This document shows, piece by piece, positions 8,505 through 19,071 of a stretch of 64,000 nucleotides of DNA (positions within the stretch are counted from its first letter, which is position 1; the number at the start of each line of letters is the position of its first letter). A program made the position numbers and the translations under genes. This DNA is from Victivallales bacterium. GTDB taxonomy: Bacteria > Verrucomicrobiota > Lentisphaeria > Victivallales > GWF2-38-69. The stretch covers positions 3,115 through 67,114 of the forward strand of contig JAIPJT010000010.1 in assembly GCA_021733985.1 (NCBI GenBank), in the 5' to 3' direction. The notes beneath the pieces were generated by a model. That model saw nothing but the letters and a program-made list of their open reading frames with translations. It was not told the origin of the DNA and ran no database searches.

Positions 8505-10019
8505 ATGACAGTCAACTTTTTCCTGTTTTTTTACAGCGCTGATTTATTCAAATTATGGCTTGTCTTTTTCATTATATGTTTATTACTGGATATTACTACT
8601 ATAATACATATTTTAAAGAACAAGCATTATGAGCCCGCAAGCGCAATACTCTGGATATTTGTAGTCGTAGACCTCCATCTCATAGGAGTACTGCTCTATC
8701 TACTTCTTGGAATAAACAGGTTAAAAACCAAAGGCATAAAGATAGAACAGCATAACCAGACAATGGACGCACTTAAAGGTCCCAAAGGTTATTTATCCAA
8801 CTTTCTCGAGCGGTTAATTGATTTCCATGAAACCTATAATGACAAACCCCATGAATATCAGCATATTTTTAATAAAATCATAGCGGGGACTTTCCCGATT
8901 AAGGGAAATAAAGTAGAGCTGCTTGTAGACGGTACTACTGTATACCCCAAAATGCTGAAAGAAATTAAAAACGCCAAACGCCACATCAACCTCCAATCAT
9001 ATATAATAAATAATGACGAAGTAGGCCAGGAGATTTTCCACGCTTTATCAGAAAAAGCAAAAGAGGGAGTCAAAGTAAAAGTACTATTCGATGCGCTCGG
9101 AAGCAGCAAAGCATATAAATCACATTTTTTTAAACACTGGATACTTCAAAAAAACCCTAATTTTAAAATTAAGGCGTTTTCAAAGCTCAACCTTTTTACC
9201 CCCTACAGGATACAGCTGAGGAACCATAGAAAACTTCTTATTTGCGATGGAAAAACAGCTTTTGTCGGAGGCATTAATATCAGTTCTGAGAATGATATTA
9301 ACTATACCCTCAAAAACCGCCATATTCATGACCTGCACTGCCGATTGGAGGGACCTACAGTCGGCGAACTCCAATTTAATTTTCTGAAGGACTGGAGTTT
9401 TGTAACCAGGAAAGACCCGATAACTCTTTTAACTGAAACAAATTATTTTGTTAATCCTGAATATTGCGGCAATGCAGTAATTCGTACCCTGCCCTCCGGT
9501 CCCGGTCAATCTTATGAAGCTACAAAAAAAATGTTCATGACCGCAGCAGTCTCCGCTAAAAAACATCTATGGATCATCACACCATATTTTGTTCCGGAGG
9601 CTTCCTTTATACAGTCACTTTGCATGCTTGCAGCTAAAGATGTAGATATTAGAGTCATCATTCCGCAGAATAATAATCACTGGTATGTGAGATATGCCTG
9701 CCGCAGTATATACAACCGCCTTATAGCCAGTAACATAAAAATCTTTGAAAAAACCGGCAATTTCTCTCATGTCAAAGCCATGATAGTTGATAACAAATGG
9801 GCGGCAATGGGATCAAGCAACTGTGATGTGAGAAGTTTCCGTCTGAATTATGAACTGGACTGTGTAATTGAAGATAGCGAATTTGTTGAAAAACTTCATA
9901 GACAGTTCCTTAAAGAAATGGAAGAATCCATTGAGATCACCTGGCACGACCGTAAAGCACGGGGGCAGCTGGAAAAACTACTGGAAAATGTCTGTTCCCT
10001 TTTTACACCGGTCATGTAG
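8505..10019 (+). CDS. cls: Cardiolipin synthase (PLD superfamily)
   Basis: N-terminal TM helices and two HKD motifs: HRKLLICDGKTAFVGGINIS and HVKAMIVDNKWAAMGSSNCDVRS. Confidence 0.9.
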   Translation: MTVNFFLFFYSADLFKLWLVFFIICLLLDITTIIHILKNKHYEPASAILWIFVVVDLHLIGVLLYLLLGINRLKTKGIKIEQHNQTMDALKGPKGYLSNFLERLIDFHETYNDKPHEYQHIFNKIIAGTFPIKGNKVELLVDGTTVYPKMLKEIKNAKRHINLQSYIINNDEVGQEIFHALSEKAKEGVKVKVLFDALGSSKAYKSHFFKHWILQKNPNFKIKAFSKLNLFTPYRIQLRNHRKLLICDGKTAFVGGINISSENDINYTLKNRHIHDLHCRLEGPTVGELQFNFLKDWSFVTRKDPITLLTETNYFVNPEYCGNAVIRTLPSGPGQSYEATKKMFMTAAVSAKKHLWIITPYFVPEASFIQSLCMLAAKDVDIRVIIPQNNNHWYVRYACRSIYNRLIASNIKIFEKTGNFSHVKAMIVDNKWAAMGSSNCDVRSFRLNYELDCVIEDSEFVEKLHRQFLKEMEESIEITWHDRKARGQLEKLLENVCSLFTPVM

Positions 10020-10118
10020 ATTAGAGCCTGTCCCGAAAGTAGCCTTCTGTCAGGCTCAGTAATCAGTCACCAGTTGTCAATTGACAGTATATTTTATTTA
10101 TGGATCAATGTCATTGAA

Positions 10119-11738
10119 TTATTGATCGTAAAAAGTTTTTTCAATATCACTTTTAACCTGCATAAGTTTGTCCACTCGCGGTCTTGTAATTCTAACTGGG
10201 GGTTCTATCGTATTCTTAATTTCAAGTTTTACACCGTCATAAAGTTCGCTATATTCATCATCACGGCTGAGAATTATAACTTTTTCCCCATTTTTAATAT
10301 CTTTACCGATTATCTTATTATAACCACTGCTTCTCCCCACAATGGTAACCTCTCTAAGCCTTGCCTTGCCTTCTCTGACTAAATACACGTAATTGTGTCC
10401 GGAAGCCTGATGAATGACAGCTTTTCCAGGTACATATATTCCTGCATCTGCCAGATTGGGAATTTCCACTTTTACCGATTCGCCCGGATAAAATTTCCAT
10501 CTGACATTTTCCTGTAATACAATATCTCCATCCTTTATACCCTTTTCCCCGACAGTAACAACTACATCACCCTGTTTAAGCCCTTCTGTCTTGTTTACTG
10601 AAACTATTTTCATGTTTCTCCCCAACCCAAGATCAAGAACCCTTTTTATATTTCCAACTTCAATGAAAATCTTTTCAATTTTAAATCTGGAAATCCCTTC
10701 AGACTTTTCATTATTTTTTTTATATGGTATAGTTTTTAAGACATATTTTCTATCATTCCTATCAGTCCTGACAGCTGCTATAGGGACTGCTAAAGAGTTC
10801 ATTATTTTTTTACCTGATATATGACTTATGTTCCCCAGCTTTCTGGCAATTTCATTGGTCCTGTCCATAGGAACAACAGGAAACCAAACATAAACTTTTT
10901 TTAATTTACTTTTCCGGATTTCCTGAGTCTTCGATCTACTAACGAAAACATTGGAGGGAACTACTGTGTTCTCGATGTATGCATAAAGCATATCATTTTT
11001 TACAGAAGTACAGCACCATGCGTCGACAGGTTCAATATTGCCTGAAGGATACACTTTAACCGTCGAGCCCTCTTTATAATTATCGATTATATCTTCAGGG
11101 AACGGAATTTTAACAAGAAGCGGTGTCATCTGTGTGACTTCAACAACATCATCTCCGGCTCCGGCCAGGGCTCCGGTTTCTTTAAGAACTTTTGTTACCA
11201 TGCCTGAAAAATGTGCTTTTATTACAGCCGCCTCATAAGCAAATTTACATTTTAATACTTCATTTTTTGCATTTTCAACGGCAAATTTCTTTTTATACAT
11301 TTCAGTTTTAGAATGAAAATGTTTTTTTTCACTGATAGCATTATTGTTAATCAGACGATTATCTCTGGCAAAATCATCCTTAGCATCTTCATAATTGACT
11401 TCTGCTATTTTTTTATTTAATACAGCCGCCTGCAGTTCATATTTTTTCTCTTCACGAATCTGCTTTGCAATTACAGACCCAGGCCTGATTACGTTGCCTT
11501 TTTCGTCTTCTATCTGTGAAAACACGTAATCTCCAACCTTTGCGACACTTTTTAGAATACCAGGATTCAAAAATGAAAAAGTTCCTTTTCTTATAGCTTC
11601 CACCTTTCCGGTATAAAAAGTATCAACAGGTTTAACGGTTTCTAATTTCATTACAGTTACAGGGACACCTGCATTTAGTAAAATATTTAATTTCAAGAGT
11701 AATAAAGCTCCCGCAAATATTAAAGTTCTTCTCTTCAT
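10119..11738 (-). CDS. Periplasmic adaptor / membrane-fusion (HlyD-like) family protein, unusually long
   Basis: Signal-like N-terminus MKRRTLIFAGALLLLKLNILLNA. A lipoyl-like half, a coiled-coil hairpin region, then AHFSGMVTKV typical of MFPs. The long beta-rich C-terminal extension brings it to 539 aa. Confidence 0.55.
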   Translation of the reverse strand: MKRRTLIFAGALLLLKLNILLNAGVPVTVMKLETVKPVDTFYTGKVEAIRKGTFSFLNPGILKSVAKVGDYVFSQIEDEKGNVIRPGSVIAKQIREEKKYELQAAVLNKKIAEVNYEDAKDDFARDNRLINNNAISEKKHFHSKTEMYKKKFAVENAKNEVLKCKFAYEAAVIKAHFSGMVTKVLKETGALAGAGDDVVEVTQMTPLLVKIPFPEDIIDNYKEGSTVKVYPSGNIEPVDAWCCTSVKNDMLYAYIENTVVPSNVFVSRSKTQEIRKSKLKKVYVWFPVVPMDRTNEIARKLGNISHISGKKIMNSLAVPIAAVRTDRNDRKYVLKTIPYKKNNEKSEGISRFKIEKIFIEVGNIKRVLDLGLGRNMKIVSVNKTEGLKQGDVVVTVGEKGIKDGDIVLQENVRWKFYPGESVKVEIPNLADAGIYVPGKAVIHQASGHNYVYLVREGKARLREVTIVGRSSGYNKIIGKDIKNGEKVIILSRDDEYSELYDGVKLEIKNTIEPPVRITRPRVDKLMQVKSDIEKTFYDQ

Positions 11739-11772
11739 ACTGAAAAAGTCCCTTTCGCTATGTATTAAATTA

Positions 11773-11822
11773 ATTTGTTTCGGAAAGCATTAAACTTCGT
11801 TGTACGTAGATCGATGCTATTT
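11773..11822 (+). repeat. Repeat family A, diverged copy 3
   Basis: atttgtttcggaaagcattaaacttcgttgtacgtagatcgatgctattt aligns along the family A consensus with roughly three-quarters identity. Confidence 0.55.
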
Positions 11823-11906
11823 TAAAAAATACCTTTTAAATTCCTTTTGTCATTATATATTGTAACTTCTACATTTCTATATAAAAATAATTATTAGACA
11901 TCACTT

Positions 11907-13046
11907 ATGCTGGAATATTTATTAAACAGATCAGATGAAGCTGGACTTCCTTCGTACGCAATAAAATCATCTTCCACAAAAGGACGTCGGTACCCTGAAA
12001 AAAAACATCCCCTGAGAACACCCTTTCAACGGGACGCAGCCAGAATAATTCACAGCCGTCCATTTAGAAGACTTGAATACAAGACACAGGTTTTCCTGAA
12101 CGGCTCAGGTGATCATTACAGAACAAGACTTACACATACTATAGAAGTCTCAGCAACAGCAAGGACTATAGCCAGAACTCTAAATTTAAATGAAGATTTG
12201 ACAGAAGCGATTGCTTTAGCACATGATCTGGGCCATACACCATTCGGTCATATCGGTGAAAAAGTCTTAAATGAACTCCTAAACCCGTACGGTTTGAACT
12301 TTGAACACAATAGCCATTCTCTGAAAATAGTTGATGAACTTGTCCTGAAATATCCAAATTTTTCAGGACTTAACCTATGCTGGGAAACACGTACCGGACT
12401 GTTGAAACACCGCTATCCCGGAATCACACTTGACAGTAAAGTACTGCCGCAAAATTTATCTCTTGAAGCACAGGCAGCAGATATTGCAGACGACCTGACA
12501 TATTACGGCCATGACATCGATGACGGAATAGACTCCAAATTAATAAACCATAATGAACTGAAAAAACTTGCAATTTGGAAAAAAATAACTTCCATGATCA
12601 GAAAAGAGGGACTCAGCGAAGGTTCTGAAAACTTTATACAGTATGCAGTCAGAACTCTCATAGATTACATGGTGACTGATGTCATTTATTATAGTAACAG
12701 CCTTCTAAAAAGTTACCAGATAACCTCACCCGAGGAAGCACAGCATCTTGATAAAAAAATAATCTCGTTCAGTCCTAAAGTGGCGAAAGAAACTTCCGAG
12801 CTGAAGGATTTTTTATATAAAAATCTATACTGGAATAAGCACCTCAACAGTATTAGAGATAAAACACATAATATAATCAGGCAGCTTTTCCGTTTATACC
12901 TTGATCACCCTGAACACATGGGTAAATCAGCCAACGCATCACTTAGAAGCGACGGGAGCAACCTTCACTCTGTCGTGAGTGACTATATTGCCGGAATGAC
13001 AGACCGCTTCGCGAACCTTGAGTACAATAAATATTTCTATAGTTAA
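11907..13046 (+). CDS. dgt: dGTP triphosphohydrolase-like HD-domain protein
   Basis: FQRDAARIIHSRPFRRLEYKTQVF, YRTRLTHTIEV, HDLGHTPFGH. Confidence 0.88.
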   Translation: MLEYLLNRSDEAGLPSYAIKSSSTKGRRYPEKKHPLRTPFQRDAARIIHSRPFRRLEYKTQVFLNGSGDHYRTRLTHTIEVSATARTIARTLNLNEDLTEAIALAHDLGHTPFGHIGEKVLNELLNPYGLNFEHNSHSLKIVDELVLKYPNFSGLNLCWETRTGLLKHRYPGITLDSKVLPQNLSLEAQAADIADDLTYYGHDIDDGIDSKLINHNELKKLAIWKKITSMIRKEGLSEGSENFIQYAVRTLIDYMVTDVIYYSNSLLKSYQITSPEEAQHLDKKIISFSPKVAKETSELKDFLYKNLYWNKHLNSIRDKTHNIIRQLFRLYLDHPEHMGKSANASLRSDGSNLHSVVSDYIAGMTDRFANLEYNKYFYS

Positions 13047-15346
13047 ATCCTGTTTTTTTTATAAAATTCTTCTACATATTTATACACTTCATCAGGGCTG
13101 GATAATTCTATACATTTATCAAGTATACCGGTACATTCTTCATAGGAAAGCTGTTTGATGATTTTCCTTATCCTCGGAATAAACCGCGGAGCCATACTCA
13201 AATCGGTTATGCCGGCTCCGACAAGAAGCGGAAGGGCATAAATATCACAGGCCATTTCACCGCAGATAGAAATTTTCTTTCCTTTAAATTCACAGGTAAC
13301 TCCGGCCAGATTTTTTAATATCTTCAGGAACAGAGGAGTTAAATAGAGATTTTTATTATAAACTGACTCATTGGTTCTGTCAGAAGCAAATAAATACTGT
13401 ACAAGATCGTTAGTTCCCAGACTGATAAAATCTACCTTTTCAAGTATAGGTTTTGTTTCAAAAAGGAGGGATGGAACTTCAACCATTATTCCAACCTGAT
13501 AATACTCAGCATAGTCATAATTCTGAAATTGCAGTTCTGTTTCTATATCGTTTAAAATTTCATAAATCCTGTCAATTTCATGTAAATTGGAAACCATAGG
13601 AAACAGTAATTTTAAATTGCCGTTTACCCCTGCTCTTAAAATAGCCCTGAGCTGAGTTTTAAACAGTGCTCGGTTTGATAATAAAAATCTTATACCCCTG
13701 TTGCCGAGGGCCGGGTTATCTTCCTTTCCGGCATTAAGATAAGGAACCTTTTTATCTCCGCCTATATCCAGTACTCTTATTGTAATATCGCAACTGCCGG
13801 CTTTCTCAAAAACTTTTTTAAAAATATTAATTAAATCCTCTTCGGTTGGTTCATGGTCTCTTATCATATACAAAAATTCTGTTCTGTATAGTCCAATCCC
13901 TTCCGCGCCATATTTTTTAAGAAGCGAAATTTCGCTTATAAGTGCAATATTAGCCTTAAGGGTAAGCCGGCAGCCGTCCTTTGTACAGGATGTAAAATCC
14001 CGGTTAAGTTCTTCGTGCTCATCCCTCTGGCTTTTCAATATATTTTTAAAATTGTTTATTACATCATTGTCAGGCCTTATATAAACAAGCTCTGAATGAC
14101 CGTCAACAATAATAGCATCATTGTTTCTAACCAGTTTTGTAATGTTTCTCACGCCCCGGACAGCGGGTATATTTAAAGCTTTTGCCAAAACAGCAACATG
14201 ATCGATAACACCGCCCTTTTCACAGACAATACCGCAAATATCATCTACAGGGAGTCTAATAAAATCAGAAGGCAGTATTTCTTTGACGACAAGTATTATC
14301 CGGGAACTGTTTAATTCAAGTATATTTTCATCTGTCGGAGTCCCGCTTTTTAAATTCCTGACAACATTGAGAAGACGAAGCATTACATCCTTTAAATCCA
14401 TTATTTTTTCTCTAAAGACACTGTCTTCTATAGCAGAGAATCGTTCACGGTATTCTTCGAATGCAAGTTTAATGCTGTACTCGGCCGTATGGCCGTTTTG
14501 TGTTATCTCTTCTTTTATTTTGTTTATCAGATACTTGTCCTCAAGAAATAAAAGATGTGCACAGAATATTGAGGCATCGGCCTCTGATATTAAGTTCAGC
14601 GCCTTCTGCTCAAGCGTAAGTGTCTTTGATTTAGTAATTCTGATGGCCTTTTCGAGTAGCTTCAGATCCCCTTCCCTATTATCGGTCTGAGTATGAAGTA
14701 TCCCCTCAAATGAGTTTTCGTTATCAAAAATACATGCTTTCCCAATACCTATTCCGATATTGGCGGCTTTGCCCTTTATGGTAATCATCTCTCCCAGCGG
14801 GTTGGCGGCTTTAGTGCCGCTTTTTCTTACAAGAATATTACTTGACAGAGTACTTATTACAGTAGCATCAACTATAACATTGGCAAGCTGAGAGCTGATT
14901 GTATTAACACTGTCGGCTACAGGTTTTCTTATTTTTTTGGGCTGCAGGCTCTGAACTGCAATTACTCCAAGTTTTTCCTTGCCTGCAATTATCGGAACAC
15001 CTAAATATGATCGATATTTTTCTTCGCCTGTGTTTACAAAATACTTAAACTGAGGGTGCCTGTCAGGATTGATTATATTAATCATCTTTTCTGAAGTAAA
15101 ACAGAGTCCGGTCAAACCTTCCGAAGGCTTCATAAAGACGTTATCAACAGATTCCGGATTTAATCCGTGCGAAGCTCTCAGCACCAGCATATCATTTTTC
15201 TTATCATATAAATATATAGAACATACATCAACATCGATCCCTTCAGCAAACACTTTGACAAACTTTGTAAGCATCGCTTCATAATCACTGGTATTCGATA
15301 TTATTTCCGATAATTTCTGAAAAATATTTAGAAGCTTTTTTAACAC
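13043..15346 (-). CDS. ptsP: Phosphoenolpyruvate--protein phosphotransferase with N-terminal GAF domain (EI-Ntr type)
   Basis: 767 aa. GAF-like N-terminus. Phospho-His domain GGVIDHVAVLAKALNIPAV. PEP-utilising TIM barrel ...ISLGTNDLVQY. GTG start. Shares a 4-bp TTAA stop overlap with the convergent dgt-like gene. Confidence 0.88.
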   Translation of the reverse strand: MLKKLLNIFQKLSEIISNTSDYEAMLTKFVKVFAEGIDVDVCSIYLYDKKNDMLVLRASHGLNPESVDNVFMKPSEGLTGLCFTSEKMINIINPDRHPQFKYFVNTGEEKYRSYLGVPIIAGKEKLGVIAVQSLQPKKIRKPVADSVNTISSQLANVIVDATVISTLSSNILVRKSGTKAANPLGEMITIKGKAANIGIGIGKACIFDNENSFEGILHTQTDNREGDLKLLEKAIRITKSKTLTLEQKALNLISEADASIFCAHLLFLEDKYLINKIKEEITQNGHTAEYSIKLAFEEYRERFSAIEDSVFREKIMDLKDVMLRLLNVVRNLKSGTPTDENILELNSSRIILVVKEILPSDFIRLPVDDICGIVCEKGGVIDHVAVLAKALNIPAVRGVRNITKLVRNNDAIIVDGHSELVYIRPDNDVINNFKNILKSQRDEHEELNRDFTSCTKDGCRLTLKANIALISEISLLKKYGAEGIGLYRTEFLYMIRDHEPTEEDLINIFKKVFEKAGSCDITIRVLDIGGDKKVPYLNAGKEDNPALGNRGIRFLLSNRALFKTQLRAILRAGVNGNLKLLFPMVSNLHEIDRIYEILNDIETELQFQNYDYAEYYQVGIMVEVPSLLFETKPILEKVDFISLGTNDLVQYLFASDRTNESVYNKNLYLTPLFLKILKNLAGVTCEFKGKKISICGEMACDIYALPLLVGAGITDLSMAPRFIPRIRKIIKQLSYEECTGILDKCIELSSPDEVYKYVEEFYKKNRI

Positions 15347-15412
15347 GGTCTACCTCTTCATTTATTATATTTTAAACCTGTTTCCGTGAGTTTTTGGCTA
15401 TACCGTAGAAAT

Positions 15413-15460
15413 AACCCTATTTCGTATAACATCTCCTCTGAAACAAGAATTATTATATAT
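15413..15460 (-). repeat. Repeat family G, copy
   Basis: Reverse complement atataataattcttgtttcagaggagatgttatacgaaatagggtt aligns with copy 1 over its whole length. Confidence 0.7.
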
Positions 15461-15610
15461 GATTAAACCCAAATTATGCATTTGGCTAAAAAAATGGAGA
15501 TTCTCCAAAAAAGTATAAATTCCCGGATAAGCTTATCCTGCTGCGCCCCAGAGTTCTGACAACTTTCGGTGCCTGAAGTTTCAGAAAATAGCTTTTCAGG
15601 CAAAGACCTG

Positions 15611-16474
15611 TCAACAGCCTGCAAACTCCATGATCTTTATAAGTTTTTCCCTGTTTTCAGGGGCCATAGGAGACATCGGCAGCCTGTATTCCTCTTCTAT
15701 AATACCTCTTACTGCCATTGCAGTCTTTACGGATATCGGGTTAGTTTCTATGAACATACCCCTCATAAGCCTGTAATATTTCCTATGTACCTCCTGTGCT
15801 TTTGCCCAGTCACCTGCAAGAAATGAATCTGTGATTTCTTTCATTGCACGAGGGCAAAAATTCGCCAGAACACTGATAACACCTTTGGCGCCGACAGACA
15901 TCATAGGTAACGTTAATGCATCATCTCCGCTGAGTACAGTAATATCGCAGACATCAAGAATCATACTGACACGTTCAACACTTCCTCCCGCTTCTTTAAC
16001 TGCGACTATATTAGGGTGTTTGCCAAGTCTCGCAATTGTATCAACCGCAATCGGTACCCCGGCTCTGCCCGGAACATTGTAAAGTACGACCGGCAGGCCA
16101 ATATCAGCGACTTTGCTGAAATGACTGTATAGTCCCTCCTGAGTAGGTTTATTATAATAAGGAGTAACCTGAAGGCAGGCATCCGCCCCCATGCTTTTTG
16201 CTATTTTTGTTTGGTGAATAGCTTCAAATGTACTGTTGGAACCGGTACCTGCTATAACTTTGCATCTGCCGTCAACCCTGCTGATAACATTTCCGATCAG
16301 CTTCAAATGTTCATCGGTAGATAGAGTTGGTGACTCTCCGGTAGTGCCCATAGGGACAAGTCCTTCTACTCCGGCCTCGAGCTGCATATCTATAAGCTCA
16401 TCAACTTTATTAAAATCAACTTCTCCATTGTTAAATGGTGTTATTAATGCTGTATTAACGCCTTGAATTTGCAT
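15611..16474 (-). CDS. dapA: 4-hydroxy-tetrahydrodipicolinate synthase
   Basis: 287 aa, GTTGESPTLS, YNVPGRAG, VAVKEAGG (Schiff-base Lys region). Confidence 0.93.
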   Translation of the reverse strand: MQIQGVNTALITPFNNGEVDFNKVDELIDMQLEAGVEGLVPMGTTGESPTLSTDEHLKLIGNVISRVDGRCKVIAGTGSNSTFEAIHQTKIAKSMGADACLQVTPYYNKPTQEGLYSHFSKVADIGLPVVLYNVPGRAGVPIAVDTIARLGKHPNIVAVKEAGGSVERVSMILDVCDITVLSGDDALTLPMMSVGAKGVISVLANFCPRAMKEITDSFLAGDWAKAQEVHRKYYRLMRGMFIETNPISVKTAMAVRGIIEEEYRLPMSPMAPENREKLIKIMEFAGC

Positions 16475-16841
16475 AGTTTTCCTCCGTTTTTTTACCTTAT
16501 CTGGATACAGTTAAGTTTTTTTCAGGCTTTTAATGTGTAGTAATCATGCGGGAATGTTATAAGGAAGATATCAGTTTTTAAAACCGGGCATTATCCGCCC
16601 GTTATCAACCTCCATTTGAAAAGCTGTTGGGAAATTGTTTTCTGAACAATTTCGATAAAAATAACTGTTTTTTAAAAAAGAAGTCAAAATAATCTATCTC
16701 TATTTTTTTATAACAAGTATAAAACCACTACATTGTTTATAATTGAATATATTTATTAAATTTCTGATTATTATATTATAATAGACAGCTATAATCAATA
16801 TGGAAAAAATATTTTTCCATAAATTCACCCAAAAGGTGAAG

Positions 16842-16914
16842 TATTAAATATTATATAAATAGCTTACTGTAAATAAAATATCTCTGTTTTTATAAATTAT
16901 CTCACGGATTCAGG
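16842..16914 (+). repeat. Repeat family D, copy 1 (ends in the family C 14-mer)
   Basis: 73 bp, 60/73 identical by my count to 31380-31452. Ends with ctcacggattcagg. Confidence 0.75.
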
Positions 16915-16926
16915 TTTATGTAAGAA

Positions 16927-19071
16927 TCAGCTTAATATTGCCCATTTTTCATATTCATTCAGGAAATCATGTATAATTCCCTTTTTAGTGAACTTTTTCA
17001 GTTCATGCAACTTTCTCGAACCTCCTCTGAGTACAACCTGCGCATAAGCTGCAACTTCAACATCAGTTGCTTTGAATGAAGGAAATGAATAGCTGAACTT
17101 GTGATAAGCCCTTCCCCGGATTCCATAATAAAGTTCCTCAATATTATTTTTCATCACTATTATAGAAGCCTGATGATGTGAAATACTGATTTTTACTTTT
17201 CTGTCATATTTTACCAGTTCCTGCTCGATCTCACTGAAAGCGGGTTTCACAACTTTTGAAATAAATTCCTGCAGCTCTTTATCTACTCTTCCCGCATTTT
17301 CCGCAGAAGACTGTTCCATAACATCCCTCAAATATTCCCTGTCATGCTTTTTTTCGAGCCTTTTAAGCCTTGAACGCCAGTCTTTAGCATGCTCTTCTTT
17401 ACCCATGGCTTCAGATATTTCATCTTTCATATTAATATTAGCCAGTGTATTATTTCCTTCTATATCAAAGGTCTCGCTTATAGGCGTATCGACTGGAGCT
17501 GTTCCGGGAACAGCAATTGCATTTTTAGATAACAGCACATCATTCCTCTCTGTATTATAACCGGCTTTTTTTAACTCGGTTTCAGTTTTCAAGGCTTTTA
17601 GAAGGCTGTAACAGATAAAACATATTATAACACAGAACGGGAGCGCACTCGTTATAACAGCCGTTTGCAGAGCTACAAGGCCTCCGGTCAGAAGAAGCGC
17701 TATAGCTATAAGACCCTCTGAAGTAGCCCAGAATACTTTTTGCCAGATCGGAGGATTTTTTTTAGCGCCTGAAGTTAATAAATCAATAACAAGCGAAGCA
17801 GAGTCAGAAGAAGTTACAAAGAAGAACGCCACGACAAAAATAGTCAGTGTACAGGTAACCCACTCCAGCGGCAAATTCTGAAGCATCATAAAAATTGCAG
17901 TTGAATGATTATTCTTAACTGCTTCTACCATCTCAGCTCTTCCGAAAAGCTCCATATGTAACGCTGTGTCACCCAATACTGTAAACCATATAAAAGTTAT
18001 AATGGTAGGAGCAAGTAATACTCCTGCAATAAACTCCCTGATAGTCCTGCCTCTGGAAACTCTGGCTATAAACATTCCAACAAAAGGTGACCAGGCTATC
18101 CACCAGCCCCAGAAAAACAAGGTCCAATCACGCTGAAATGACCTCCCTTGAAAAATACCGGTCCGAAACGTTATGAACATAAACGATTCTAAATAATTAC
18201 CAATATTCTGAGCAAAAGCCCTCAAAAGAAATGCGGTAGGGCCCGCAAAACAGACAAAAAGCATAAGCAGAAGAGCGAGAAAAAGGTTTAATTCACTTAA
18301 ACGTCTTATCCCTTTCCCAACTCCGGATACAACTGATAGAGTGGCCGCAAGGGTAATTATTATTATCAGTATAATTTGATGACCGGTCGTATCTGTAAGC
18401 AGGTTTAAAAAATCCAGCCCCGTAGCTATCTGCATAACACCGAGCCCAAGAGAGGTAGCTACACCGAACAGAGTACCGAGTACAGCCATTATTTCAACTA
18501 TATTTCCCCAGAAACCGTAAATACGCTCGCCTAGCAACGGGTACAAAGTAGATCGTATCGTTAACGGTAAATTGTGCCTGTAAGCAAAATAAGCAAGTGA
18601 CAGACCTATAATGATATAGATACCCCAGGCATGCAGCCCCCAGTGAAAAAAAGAATATTTCATGGCTTCTATTGCAGCATTCACTGTTTCAGGCTTACAG
18701 TCCCCAGGCGGATTACTGTAAATCAGCAGTGGTTCAGCCACACTGAAAAATACCAGTCCTATTCCCATTCCTGCGCTAAAAAGCATCGCAAACCAGGTAA
18801 AAAGGCTGAACTCAGGTTCCTCATGATCTTTACCGAGTTTTATTTTTCCGAAAGGGCTGCATAAAAGCCAGATCACAAAAAACAGGAAAAAAGCAACAGA
18901 CAGTATATAAAACCATCCGAAATTACTTGTAATAAATTCCTGCAAATGGGTAAAGAATTTTTTTACTGTTTCCGTAAAACATCCTGCTATTATAACAAAT
19001 AAAACAGCTATAACAGCCGATGAAAAAAATACATACGGATTCACTTTAATCCATGTTTTCTTTTTTTTCAA
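16927..19071 (-). CDS. BCCT-family (betaine/carnitine/choline) transporter with long cytoplasmic C-terminal domain
   Basis: BCCT signature WTLFFWGWWIAWSPFVGMFIARVSRGRTIREF. 12-TM-like hydrophobic profile. About 200-aa hydrophilic tail. Confidence 0.88.
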   Translation of the reverse strand: MKKKKTWIKVNPYVFFSSAVIAVLFVIIAGCFTETVKKFFTHLQEFITSNFGWFYILSVAFFLFFVIWLLCSPFGKIKLGKDHEEPEFSLFTWFAMLFSAGMGIGLVFFSVAEPLLIYSNPPGDCKPETVNAAIEAMKYSFFHWGLHAWGIYIIIGLSLAYFAYRHNLPLTIRSTLYPLLGERIYGFWGNIVEIMAVLGTLFGVATSLGLGVMQIATGLDFLNLLTDTTGHQIILIIIITLAATLSVVSGVGKGIRRLSELNLFLALLLMLFVCFAGPTAFLLRAFAQNIGNYLESFMFITFRTGIFQGRSFQRDWTLFFWGWWIAWSPFVGMFIARVSRGRTIREFIAGVLLAPTIITFIWFTVLGDTALHMELFGRAEMVEAVKNNHSTAIFMMLQNLPLEWVTCTLTIFVVAFFFVTSSDSASLVIDLLTSGAKKNPPIWQKVFWATSEGLIAIALLLTGGLVALQTAVITSALPFCVIICFICYSLLKALKTETELKKAGYNTERNDVLLSKNAIAVPGTAPVDTPISETFDIEGNNTLANINMKDEISEAMGKEEHAKDWRSRLKRLEKKHDREYLRDVMEQSSAENAGRVDKELQEFISKVVKPAFSEIEQELVKYDRKVKISISHHQASIIVMKNNIEELYYGIRGRAYHKFSYSFPSFKATDVEVAAYAQVVLRGGSRKLHELKKFTKKGIIHDFLNEYEKWAILS

